A stretch of 64,000 bases of DNA from Felis catus. Its lineage: Eukaryota. The notes below the pieces were generated by a model that saw only the letters and a list, made by a program, of their open reading frames with translations, made no database searches and was not told where the DNA came from. The translations under genes and the position numbers were made by a program. Each line of letters opens with the position of its first letter. Within the stretch, counting starts at the first letter, position 1. Below, one piece after another: positions 51,986-62,924 of the stretch. The stretch covers positions 112,222,001-112,286,000 of the forward strand of contig NC_058373.1 in the NCBI RefSeq assembly GCF_018350175.1, written 5' to 3'.

Positions 51986-54323
51986 CTTTCCCTCTCTTTA
52001 ACCCCAACACCGGCATTTTGAACTGTGGTTAGTTTAATGCCCTAGAAGTTTTTAAATCCATCCCCTGAGCAAATCTCTAAAGTAAGATAAACAAGTCACT
52101 GAAGTAAGACTTCAGATGGTTGAAAGGTATTTCGTTTTAACAAAAGGGAAAAATGTGATTAAGAAAAGGGAGATGGGGAAAGTGGCCAAGGGGCATTTGC
52201 AGGCAAATCCATTTTAGTGAAGAGTGCTTGTGGAAATTGAGGATCCAGCAAAAGACTCACTGAAAACCAACCTCATTTCCACCTTTCCTGAAATGCTTTT
52301 GTGAAAGTTCACCTGCCTCAGTGTGAAGACCATTGTACTAAGTATCTGGACACACTGAGAAAATGCATTACTTTCAAAAAGACCTCAACAGTAACACAGG
52401 GAATTCAAGAGTCCTGAAATGTAACTCAATCCTCAAAACTACCCGGATTCACTCCAAATGTAGATGCTACCTAGCTTGGGACAGCTATAAAGAGGTAAAA
52501 CAGACAACGAAGTGGTCCTAACAGCACGAGGAAAGGTGGGTGATCTTTAAGAACCTAATGTCTATGATTTTTCCAGCACTTCTCTACTTACTGGAAATCT
52601 TATAATGTCTTCAAGGTTGAACTGGCTCTAGGTCAGAAAGGACCAGAAGGTCTTCATGTTTCCTCCCTCAGGAATTTTGTGGCCACAACCAAAACTGAGG
52701 GAGGGGAGAACAGAAAAACTTCTTTGTCTCGTGCACACTCTTACTTTTTTCCCCCTTAATATGAAAATAATTGCCTCTATTCTTGGAAACCTGGCTTAAT
52801 TAGACTAATCTGAATCTTTACTGGTAAAACTAACACTAAAATGTTACTGCTCTGAGTTCTCTAATTATAGAGCCTTCACGCTTTTTCTTAACAGATACTA
52901 AAATCAAATGCTATAATGTTGGATGAGGTCATTGTAAATAGCTTGTTATAAGGCCTATTTTGAGGTACCATATGAATTTCAGTGGATATTATGCAGTGAC
53001 AAAGAAACACAATGTTTACTGCAGAAAAAAAATATGATTTGCTACTATAATTTATCTAAACATTGGTGAGGTCCTACAAGTTATTTCATAAGAAGTATGT
53101 TCTCTGACCATAACCTCCTGTTCCTCTTCCTTAGACCCCTTAAACTCAACCGCTTCCTGGTTTCTCCTCTTAACCACCTGCTCTTCAGTTTCTTCCCTGC
53201 ACAGCGTGAATACCATGATCAACTCTCTCTTTTATGGATACTCTTACCAGACTGCTCAGCCCCCTTACTCCTTGAACTTCTGCTTATATATTCTGCCAAA
53301 TCGCAGCTCAGAGTCAACCAACCATCTGTTCTTCCTACTATTGCTTCTATCTTGCCAAGTACTGCTGGAGAAATTGTATAACTGCTGATTCATGCCATGA
53401 CAATCTGCAACTCCCAAACTCACCTTGACCTTTAGCACTACTTGGCGATCCTTTCACTCTTGCCTGGTTGGCTTCCTTTTCCATGGTGCAGGTGCTATTC
53501 CAAACCTCAAGTCATTGCTCTTCCCAAGTTTCCTACCATGGTTCCTCAATCAACAGATGACTTAACTTTCTACTGCAGGAAAAATCAGTGTTCAACTTCC
53601 CTCCTTTCAATTTCTAAAGTCATCTATAGCTTCACCCTCCCTACCTCTGTCCCAGAGTTAATGTAGTCTATCAATTATCCATTCAATACTAGTTTTTTAT
53701 TTTAAGCTCTTTTAATGTATACATTATTACAAGACAAATATTCTTCTTGAAGTCAGATTACAAGTTGGAGAAATGGGCATCGGAATGTTAGGGAATAAAA
53801 GGTGCTGATTGGCCACTGAAAAGAACATATTCTGATGTCAGAATAGCAAATGTTCTTCCCTGTTCAATCATTTGCAGGCAAGGACACAAAGGAAGGTGAG
53901 TTGGATGCTGCCTGTCCATTAAGTGTTTTAAAATTCTAACATTATTCTGCCAACCAAACATTAAGACATGAAATTTAAAGAGGCTCTGCTTTAGTATCAA
54001 TGCCATTATTGTTCTCTACTATTTGATACCACCTACATCTACAGTCTAAAAAAACTATTGGTAATAAGTCCACTTAGTTCCTTCTTTTAGCTAGTTTGTT
54101 CACCCTCATTAAATCCAAACTTTTCATGGGAACTCTTAAGACAACCAGTGTGAATTACATTGTGCTTCATCTGATATGACTGTTCTAATTTAATGTCATA
54201 TTATACTAGCTATCATACAAAACGTACAAGTGGCACATATTTGCTTTAGAAAATGTATTTGTAGAGACTGCCTAAGAAGGTTTGCTGTAGAAGATCCTGA
54301 TAGGAAATATTTATCAGATCCAA

Positions 54324-54503
54324 CCAGGGGCAGATCCAGGTTTTTTGGGACCCTGAAGTATACATAATTTGGAGATTTCCCTCTTTCTAAAAAAAGAATA
54401 CAAAATTATGGATATAAAATGAGGTATGGAGCCTTCGAGAGAAGTTTGTAAAGATAAAGGGCTCTGAAGTTTAAGTTTCATCAGCCTCATATAAATCAGC
54501 CTT
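54324..54503 (+). mobile_element. MER53-like hAT element
   Basis: caggggcagatccaggtttt..aagaatacaaaatta..ctgaagtttaagtttcat..taaatcagcct. Confidence 0.75.
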
Positions 54504-55854
54504 TTTCGTATTTTGTATTGCTTAGGGCATTAAACAATCCCCAAACCCATAACAACCAAAAACACATGAAAAAGTAAACACCTGATATGAGCCAGGAACT
54601 TCATATAATATTATATTTAATTCTCACTCAAACCTTTTGCCATTCTCATTTTTACAAAAATGGGACCTGAGGCTCAGAGAATTTGGTAACTTGCTCACAG
54701 TCAGCTCAATTCTCACAGTGAAGCCAAGATTCAAACGAAGATCGACAAACTAAATCTTGTGTTATTTCCACTACAATATTCTGACTTTAAGGTTTCCCAA
54801 AACACAAAGAGGTTAAGTTGCTCTGGAGGATGCCCATAGAAGATGCCAAGAAATGCTCAGTCAATACTTGAAACTGACATGACTTAATTCATATTTGAGA
54901 ACATCACTAAAAATATTGCCCTAAAGCTGTGTTTAAAGGGCTTGAAGAAAAAAATAAAAAATAAAAAAAAATAAAGGGCTTGAAGAAACAAATGTGCGAC
55001 TCTTTGGGTTATTTTCTGCTCACTAAGTTACATAGATGAAGACAGAAAATCTTAGTCTAGGAGAAATGTGGTTCTAGCAAGGGAAGAAAAATGGAGGCCG
55101 AATCAGAATCTGGAAGTAAGTGTAAATTTGCAGTCTCTCAGGAAAAAGCCTGGCTGTGGAAGGACATACCGATAGTATGGATTTTTCACAAATTATGTCT
55201 CTTGCTATGTGTCCAGTATTATTCTCTCTTGCCCTGTAGTATATCAAGTTTTGAAGATAGGAAAATAATGATAGTTAGCTCATATATTTCTCACTATTAT
55301 ATCCATAGCTTATATTTGCCAGTTTGGCCTTTATTTTTCAAAAATGTCTCTTAGAGGTTTTTCTCTTCTCCTAAGACCCTCAGAAGGTAGATGCTCTGTA
55401 TTTATATTTTCCTTACTCACAGAATCTGGACAGTATGTAGTAGACATTTAATGGAGGTTACCTGGCATGGAAGGTGGTGTTAGTGAGTTATTTTTGACCA
55501 GCCACTGTTTTCTAGGAATTCCATAATATAGATGTGTTCTGATTCTCTGCCCTATTCAATCAAAGACTTCAGGATAAAACTTTGGGCATTGGTTAAACCT
55601 AAGGAAAGAATTGATCAGATGTATCTAACAGTATTTTCAGTCAACAAGCTGTCTCTGATGTTGGAGTTACTTAAAAGACCTGTTGATTCTGTGGTCTCAG
55701 GGCCATTGTGACTCAAGCTGCAGCTAAAACCAGTCCAATGCAACAGACATTTCAAGAACAGCAGCAGAAAAACGATGACCTAACTGAATGGAACAAGAAG
55801 GCACGTATTTTCGAGAAGACATCTCTATTCTTAGAGTAGAAATTTCCCTTCAAG

Positions 55855-55904
55855 ATGACAAGTGGTTCAAACCCTTCAGGATCTTACTTGCCCTCAAAAG
55901 TAAG
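55855..55904 (+). CDS. CCDC196: Coiled-coil domain-containing protein 196, coding exon 1 (MTSGSNPSGSYLPSKV-R)
   Basis: ATG in caagATGA context; donor AG|gtgagc, phase 2; peptide matches my recollection of the human CCDC196 N-terminus (MTSGANSSGSYLPSEIR). Confidence 0.88.
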
Positions 55905-56002
55905 GTGAGCCTTGAACAGGTGCCAAGTGGTAACTATCCAGAAGGGAAAGGAGAGTCTCTATTATTAACCTAGGCTAAAGACAGATATTATTCTTCCCAC
56001 AG

Positions 56003-56155
56003 ATGTTCCAAAATAGATGACAACTACTTGAAGGAATTGAATGAGGACTTAAAGCTAAGGAAGCAGGAACTGCTAGAGATCCTAAAACCTCTTGAAGATA
56101 AGAACAATCTCTTATTCCAGAAGTTGATGTCTAACTTGGAAGAAAAACAGAGAAG
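56003..56155 (+). CDS. CCDC196: CCDC196 coding exon 2 (CSKIDDNYLKELNEDLKLRKQELLEILKPLEDKNNLLFQKLMSNLEEKQR)
   Basis: ttcttcccacag acceptor, AG|gtaagg donor, 153 nt, frame continuous with exon 1; heptad-like coiled-coil sequence. Confidence 0.93.
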
Positions 56156-57428
56156 GTAAGGGCTCCCTACTCAGGATTTCTTAGAGGGGAAAAAGCTGGA
56201 GAACTTTAATCCATAGGATTAACAATGATTATTTACATTTTTAAAAAGGTTTAGACATTTAGCTATAATAGATAAAGAATTTGTAGCCACAAATCAGTGG
56301 CAAGTAATCTTTTATTTACTTTTAGTAAAATTACATATGACTCAGCCCTCATCTCAAGGAGCTACAGTTATCACCCTTCTTCCCTAGGATGCCCACCCGA
56401 GAAACAGAGAAGAGCCTTTAGTATCGTCAGTCTATCATGGTTACACTGATAGCTCCTTATACATGTTTGTGGAATCACTTTAGGGTAGATGACTCTGCTC
56501 TTCCCATGCAAAGCAGTGAAATAGAAAAATTTTCTGGGCCTAGGAGTCTTCTGGAGGTCTGGCCTCTTTAATATGCTAGGCAGATAAGGTCTCAACTCTT
56601 AACTAGAGCACTCACTGTTCTTGGGACCCACCAACTTTGTTTCCTTTCCAGTCTCAAAGAATCTCACCTTAATGGATCTACCTTCATTCTCTACCCTTAC
56701 AATAAGCATCTCAGGGAGCCCCGACTTTTGGAGAGCAAAAGCCAGGCAGAAAGTTGTGATCAAGCACCAGCTGCTTACAATACAGAAATAAACGTCTCTC
56801 AGGGCAAGAGAACACAAAGGCTTGCTTCGCTGCTTATAATTAAGGAGGAAAAAGTACCATAAACATAAGCATAAATTAATGTTTTTAAAGAATAGAGAGT
56901 CTTTGACTCACTTGGTATTGATTCAGATTTTGTTAGAAACTTCTTGATGGCTTGGATTCTCTGAGAGCTACCATAAGGATATAAGTGGTTTCCCCAACTA
57001 ACTCAAATGTCTTTCACATGGAGAAGCAATACCAACAGAGATGGGGTAGGACATAATTCTTGGATTTATGCTGAAGACAACAGATTCTATGAACTCCTTC
57101 TTCACATGGGGCAAAACACCCTTTCTACACCAAAAGCCATACACCAAAATATTTTTCTGAAGGAGTAAAGAAGAGTCTCACTGGCTGTTGGAGGCCTAAG
57201 TTTTGAGCATTGTTGAACACAGAATTCATTTTAGAGCACATAGCTGAGGCAAATGTCGATTGGGAATAAAATCATCCTATAGAGAGCTACTATGTCCAGA
57301 AGGAACCTGTAATTCCTATGACTTCGGCACCCATCTCTCTCCCTTGACAGAATGCTTTCTGACTGCTTGCAGAGTATTAATACTACCCTTTAGGAAGTAT
57401 TATGTTTTGTGACATCTTTTCATGCTAG

Positions 57429-57525
57429 TCTACAGATCATGAGGCAGATCATGGCAGGAAAGGGGAGTGAAGAATCCTCAGTCATGGAGCTCATTAAGGA
57501 AGCAGAGGAGATGAAGCAGAATCTG
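57429..57525 (+). CDS. CCDC196: CCDC196 coding exon 3 (SLQIMRQIMAGKGSEESSVMELIKEAEEMKQNL)
   Basis: tttttcatgctag acceptor, CTG|gtaaga donor, 97 nt, converts phase 2 to phase 0. Confidence 0.92.
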
Positions 57526-58213
57526 GTAAGAGGTTGGTGGGCATTTCAGGGAATTGCCTCCTGAACAGGGCTCAACTCAATTACTACCATCAGATGTGGA
57601 AGGAAAGACAGTTCATCTCTAGCATCTGAGGCTCCAATACTCCTATCTCCTTCATCTAGAAAGGGGTCAGATGTTGGGCAAATTCAAGACTTGGTAGCAA
57701 AAATTCTATTTCTTTTTGACTCTTAAAAACTTTTCATTTAGGGGTTAGTAATACAAGCATATTAACCCTTCACATTTCAGAAAGAATAGAAAATACCAAA
57801 GTAAAATAAAAGAAATAGTTTGCTTCAGGAGACTCATAAGAGTTTAAAAAACCAACAAGGTAAAGGATCTTAAAAATTATAAATTAGTGGTCTAAGCCCC
57901 AGAGAAACTTCTGTATGATCAGAACATCTTAAGTGTTGTGTGAGGAACACATTTCTGTTGATATCATACTATGATTACCATAATTATAGTTATTATTAAA
58001 AATCATTATTATTTTTTTATTATCATCATCATCAAACTCATCTCTCATGTTCCTGGATTTTGAGCTAGGTCTATTTATTGCCTTCCTTTATGGTTTGTTT
58101 TATACCTGTGTCCCCATCCCTTTCCCCTCATTATTTATAATTTCTTCCAATTTCACTTTAATGACTGGACAAACACGTTTCTGTTTGTTTGGTTTCCTCC
58201 CCACCCCCAACAG

Positions 58214-58264
58214 GAAAGGAAAAACAAGATGCTTCGGAAGGAAATGGAGATGCTATGGAACAAG
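58214..58264 (+). CDS. CCDC196: CCDC196 coding exon 4 (ERKNKMLRKEMEMLWNK)
   Basis: pyrimidine tract plus caacag acceptor, AAG|gtgtgc donor, 51 nt. Confidence 0.92.
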
Positions 58265-58329
58265 GTGTGCCTCTAAGGATCTCTTGATAGAATTGTCTTA
58301 CAGACCCTAATGCAAAGAACTTCCCTCTC

Positions 58330-58890
58330 CTCTGGTCCCCATTCTCATTTTGTCACGTCCCGGCTTTCATCCTTGCCTCCTTCCAATCCATCCTTCGCAC
58401 AGCAGCCAGAGTGATATTTTTGAAATAATCAAACCACGTCGTTATTCTTATGGAAACCATTTATAGCTGCTCCTTATTGTGGCATAATGTGGCTGTTGCC
58501 TGCCTCTCTCTTCTCATAGAAGTCTTCCCCTTACTTTCTATGCAACCCACACGGGCCTCCTTATGGATTCTCAAACATGCCCAGACTCTTCCTATCTCAA
58601 GGCTTTTGCTTTACCCTGGCCTATAATACTATTTCTTTTGGTTGGCTCATATTCATGCTTCAGGTCTCTGCTTAAATGTCACCTCCTCAGGGAGGTCCTC
58701 CTTGTTCACTCTATCTAAAATAGGGCACCCCGGGGCACCTGGGTGGCTTGGTCGGTTGGGGGTCCGACTTTGGCTCAGGTCATGATCTCGTGGTCCCTGA
58801 GTTCCAGCCCTGCGTCGGGCTCTGTGCTGACAGCTTGAAGCCTGGAGCCTGCTTCAGATTCTGTGTGTCCCTCTCTCTCTGGCCCTTCCT

Positions 58891-58940
<50 letters not shown>

Positions 58941-59240
58941 AATACATAAACATTAAAAAAATTTTTTTTAAGAAATAAATAAAATAGGGCACCCTTCCTC
59001 ACTTTCTATTATATAACTCTATTCATGTCCTCCATAGCACTTTTTATAATTAAACTTATTTTTATTTTATTATTATTATTAATTATGATTATACTTGTTT
59101 CTTATCTCCCTGACCCCCTCTGGAATACAAGCTCCTCCAGTTTCTTGATTGCTTTGTTCATCTCTGAATCCTTAGCATGTAGCACAATGCTTAGAACATA
59201 GTAGACAATAAATGTAAGTTGGATGAATGAATGAATAAAT
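58330..59240 (+). mobile_element. L2 3' fossil in CCDC196 intron 4, split by a SINE
   Basis: cacagcagccagagtgat; cttaaatgtcacctcctcagggagg; ends tgaatgaatgaat. Confidence 0.8.
58732..58979 (+). mobile_element. SINEC_Fc-type Can-SINE with an expanded (CT)n block
   Basis: TSD taaaatagggcaccc (58716-58730, 58980-58994). Confidence 0.94.
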
Positions 59241-59739
59241 ACCCAATTCTAATTCTCCTATGATTTTGCAACAATCACAGCATTGCCTAATATATAATAG
59301 TAGGGCCTTTTTCTGGGAAACCAGGTGGGAGTGGATATTCCTTTGTAGTCTAAGTCGTTGGGATTTGAGTGCTTTTTCACAGACTAGAAGACTAGAAGAA
59401 TAGATTGTGTCTTGTGATATAAACAGTGTGTAGTGTGATCTCTGACTGCTTTTTTCATATTAACTTTCCACAAATAATCAGGATACCATCAAGTCTTGCA
59501 TCTTGACCTGAGATCTGCTCCTACTTCTCAGAGGTAGCTACAAATCAGTTCTGTGAATTGTCAGTTTTAGTTCTTCTGTTTTTGAGTCCTTGTGATAAGA
59601 ACTATGCCAGCACAATTCGTCTATGAAAATCCAGCTTCTTCAAAGCTCCCAAAAGATTTTAAAAGGGATGTCCCTGTATGTTAGCTTGTGATTGGCTTTC
59701 CCTACCCATAGTTTTAGACAGCAGAAAGTGGAGCGAGAA

Positions 59740-60020
59740 AAACAGTATGGTCAGGGGTTAAGAACATAAGCTTCAGGGTTCACAAGATCTGCTTCAAATT
59801 CCAGCTCTGTACTTTTGTAGCTGTGTGACCCTAAACAAATGACTTAGCCTCTTCAAATATCTTTTCCTCGTTGGAAAAGATGGAAGTAAAAATAGTCCTG
59901 TGAGGCTTAAATGAGAATGTTTGTAATGTAGTAGCATATTGTAAATAAGTAAAGAAATGTGCAAGCAGCTTACAGTACTGACGGCTTATAATAAGGGTAC
60001 AGTTAATAGGTTTTATTGTT
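59740..60020 (+). mobile_element. MIR in CCDC196 intron 4
   Basis: ttcaaattccagctctg..tagctgtgtgacc..gtgaggcttaaatgagaat. Confidence 0.7.
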
Positions 60021-60211
60021 ATAAGTTACACTAAAGAGACCAAATAGAAGGACTTGTTCCATTCTGAACCCCATTTGGTAGTACACTTTTCTGGTCGAAC
60101 CCTGACAGTTTCCTGACTGGCAGAAACCAAAAAACCTTGACTTATATTGGTTTTCCACTTCCCTCACTAATTCCCACTAATTTAAAGCTTTGCCGAAACG
60201 TCTCTCTACAG

Positions 60212-60289
60212 ACATTCGACACAGAAGAACTTGGTGATCAACAAAAAGCACCGCAGATAAAAAACAAAGCAGACTTGCAGGATGGGAAG
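60212..60289 (+). CDS. CCDC196: CCDC196 coding exon 5 (TFDTEELGDQQKAPQIKNKADLQDGK), ends at a GC donor
   Basis: tctctctacag acceptor, 78 nt, donor AAG|gcaagt. Confidence 0.88.
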
Positions 60290-60495
60290 GCAAGTGGACT
60301 ACATGTTACTTAGAATTCCAGGGTTGTTGATGTCACACTGCTGGAAACAGCCTGTTGACAATCAGGGCTAGTTTGGGCAGGCAAATAGGCGGGATCTGGG
60401 CCTTGAGCATATGTGTGTTGGATTTACTGTTGGCTGAGACATTGTACTTCTTTCCCGGGACCTTCTCTTCCTTTAGCTCTCTTCTTTTATCCCAG

Positions 60496-60579
60496 GTTCC
60501 CAAAACCCCCTCCTCACCTAGGAAGACCAAGAATGAACTGGAGACATCATGTGCAGAGAAAGTGAAAGAGAAAAAGAAG
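60496..60579 (+). CDS. CCDC196: CCDC196 coding exon 6 (VPKTPSSPRKTKNELETSCAEKVKEKKK)
   Basis: long pyrimidine tract plus cccag acceptor, AAG|gtagtg donor, 84 nt; visible inside ORF 60355..60588. Confidence 0.9.
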
Positions 60580-61098
60580 GTAGTGTGATCTTTCTGAATG
60601 GTAGGGGCTTTTAGAGGTGATAGAATGGAGATTTTTAATAATGTATAAGTATGCTCCTGAAACTGATACAAGTTTTATAGGAGATGTGGTTCCTTTGGGA
60701 TATTATATTTGAATCAGAGTGGCATTGCAAGTTTAGGGGAAATAACGTTAACGAGGGCAAAGTGGGAGAAACTATACCAACAATGTAACTCCACAATAAC
60801 TATGTGATGTCAAAATAATAGCTAATTTGTTTTTGAACATTTATTTAGGGATATTATGCTTGTATCTAATCTTCTCACAACAAATTTATTCATAAAAATT
60901 GATTCTATTCATTTAGCTTTTAGCTTTTAGAGCATGGATTGTACCGATGAGGGCTACTAGAAGGACTGTGCAGTTGAAACCAATTTATTAGTGAATCTAT
61001 GACAGCATACTTTGGCTATGAAGTCTTTGCAGCATTTTGAGAACGCTGATTTCTGATCTCAATTTATTTTGTCACCCAGAAGCTCTTTCTTCCACCAG

Positions 61099-61158
61099 GG
61101 AAAGCCACAGAGGAAAATGGAATGGGTCAGGTATCAGGAACAAGCCAACATCCTTCAG
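61099..61158 (+). CDS. CCDC196: CCDC196 coding exon 7 (GKPQRKMEWVRYQEQANILQ)
   Basis: tctttcttccaccag acceptor, CAG|gtacta donor, 60 nt; inside ORF 61069..61335. Confidence 0.9.
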
Positions 61159-61542
61159 GTACTAAGATCTTCCAAGGTTGGACATGGGATACAGTTTCAC
61201 TCAAATAATACAACGTCTTTTAGTTTCATAATAGTAATCCCCATGCCCTCCTCTGGATTACCAATTATCCTGCTAAAAGAAATGTTCCATGGCGAGATTG
61301 CTGTGGAAACCTATCTCCAGCTTCACCTTGAATAACTTAAGATAAATACATTTTTTTTCCTTTAGTCTTGATTTTGTTCTATTTGAAGTGGGGGTGGGGG
61401 GAATCACAAATACTTTCTGCCCAACTTTAAAGACTGAGCATGATGGGATCATTTTAAACTTCTGAGTAAAAAGGTTTCAAGTAACAGGTGGTTTAGAGAA
61501 GCCAATACTATATGTGTAGCTCTGAAAAATGTTCTCCTGTAG

Positions 61543-61684
61543 AATGGCTTTAATGGCAAAATGATTGAGTTGAGAATTGAAGCCTTGAAGAACTACCAGA
61601 AGGCCAATGACCTGAAATTGTCACTGAACTTACAGCAGAATTTGGAGCCAAAGCAAGCATATTTTAATCTTCCTGGGTCTCGAG
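61543..61684 (+). CDS. CCDC196: CCDC196 coding exon 8 (NGFNGKMIELRIEALKNYQKANDLKLSLNLQQNLEPKQAYFNLPGSR-G); gene continues beyond the window
   Basis: gttctcctgtag acceptor, G|gtaggt donor, 142 nt, no stop codon. Confidence 0.92.
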
Positions 61685-62209
61685 GTAGGTAAAGTATCGG
61701 TATACATGTGGAGGTTTTATTTTAGTTTACATTGAAAATTCCATTCCTTGAAAAGTGATTACCACAATGCCTGGCACACAGTAAATTAAATGTTAGTAGT
61801 GACATAATAAGTTTTATAACTATCATTATTATTTCTCAGAAGCTCTGGTAAAGTAAGGATTCCTCTGGAGAAAATGAATTTTCTTTCGTAAAGACTAAAT
61901 TACGTATTATGTACTTAGTATATGTAGTTGATACACAGTTGACACCTGATAAAATTAGTTTCCTCCCCACTTCCTCCATTTTCCTAGGAATTATTGTGGT
62001 TTGATCTCATGAATCTTGTTGGAATAGACTCTGCTATTTCAGAACAGAAGGCCAAAGAGATAGCCATCTGACAATGGGTGTGAGTTTTGCCAATCCAGAT
62101 TTTTCTCTGAGATTTTCAGTGTTTCCTCCCCCCTCCCAAAGAATTTATGGCATCATTAGAGAAAACAGTATATTTTACCATAAAAAAAAAAAAGAAAAAG
62201 AAAAGAACA

Positions 62210-62421
62210 GGGGTGGCTGGGTGGCTCAGTCAATTAAGTGTCCAACTTCGGCTCCAATCATGACCTCATGGTTTGTGAGTTCGAGCCCTGTGTTGGGGTC
62301 TGTCCTGACAGCTCAGAGCCTGGAGCCTGCTTCAGATTCTGTGTCTCCCTTTCAATCTCTCTACCCCTCCCCTGCTCGTGTTCTGTCTCTCTCTCTCAAG
62401 AGGGAATACACTTAAAAAAAA
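62210..62421 (+). mobile_element. SINEC_Fc-type Can-SINE in intron 8
   Basis: Full head and body; tail interrupted by a second SINE. Confidence 0.92.
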
Positions 62422-62428
62422 TTTTTTT

Positions 62429-62644
62429 TTAATTTTTTTTTCAACGTTTATTTATTTTTGGGACAGAGAGAGACAGAGCATGAACGAGGGAGGGGCAGAG
62501 AGAGAGGGAGACACAGAATCGGAAACAGGCTCCAGGCTCTGAGCCATCAGCCCAGAGCCTGACGCGGGGCTCGAACCCACGGACCACGAGATCGTGACCT
62601 GGCTGAAGTCGGACGCTTAACCGACTGCGCCACCCAGGCGCCCC
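62429..62644 (-). mobile_element. Young SINEC_Fc inserted in the tail of the previous SINE
   Basis: CpG-rich, little apparent decay; TSD aaaaaattttttt (62416-62428, 62646-62658). Confidence 0.94.
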
Positions 62645-62742
62645 CAAAAAATTTTTTTAATAAAAATAAAAGAATAGCTTTTGAGGGACAGGAGAAAAGG
62701 TTCTTAAATTTTCAGGGATCTATGAATCTGAACTCTATTTTT

Positions 62743-62924
62743 TAATTTAAATTATTTTTATAATTTAAATTATATATTTTTAATTAATTACGTATAACAT
62801 GTAATATATACAAAAGAATGTACGGAATATATGTAATTGTGAAACAAGATAATAAAATTACCCCCCATGAATATACCAGTCTACTTAAGAATGGGAAAAT
62901 ACTTAGTACAGATGCTCCTGTGTG
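62743..62924 (-). mobile_element. Old L1M/HAL1-like 3'-end fragment
   Basis: Flanked by near-identical gaatctgaa(c/t)tctattttt repeats (from 62724 and 62925); T-rich tail. Confidence 0.6.

Noticed and set aside
55788..55973. 61-aa ORF as the CCDC196 start
   Set aside because: Out of frame with the downstream exons; stops early in exon 2 after splicing
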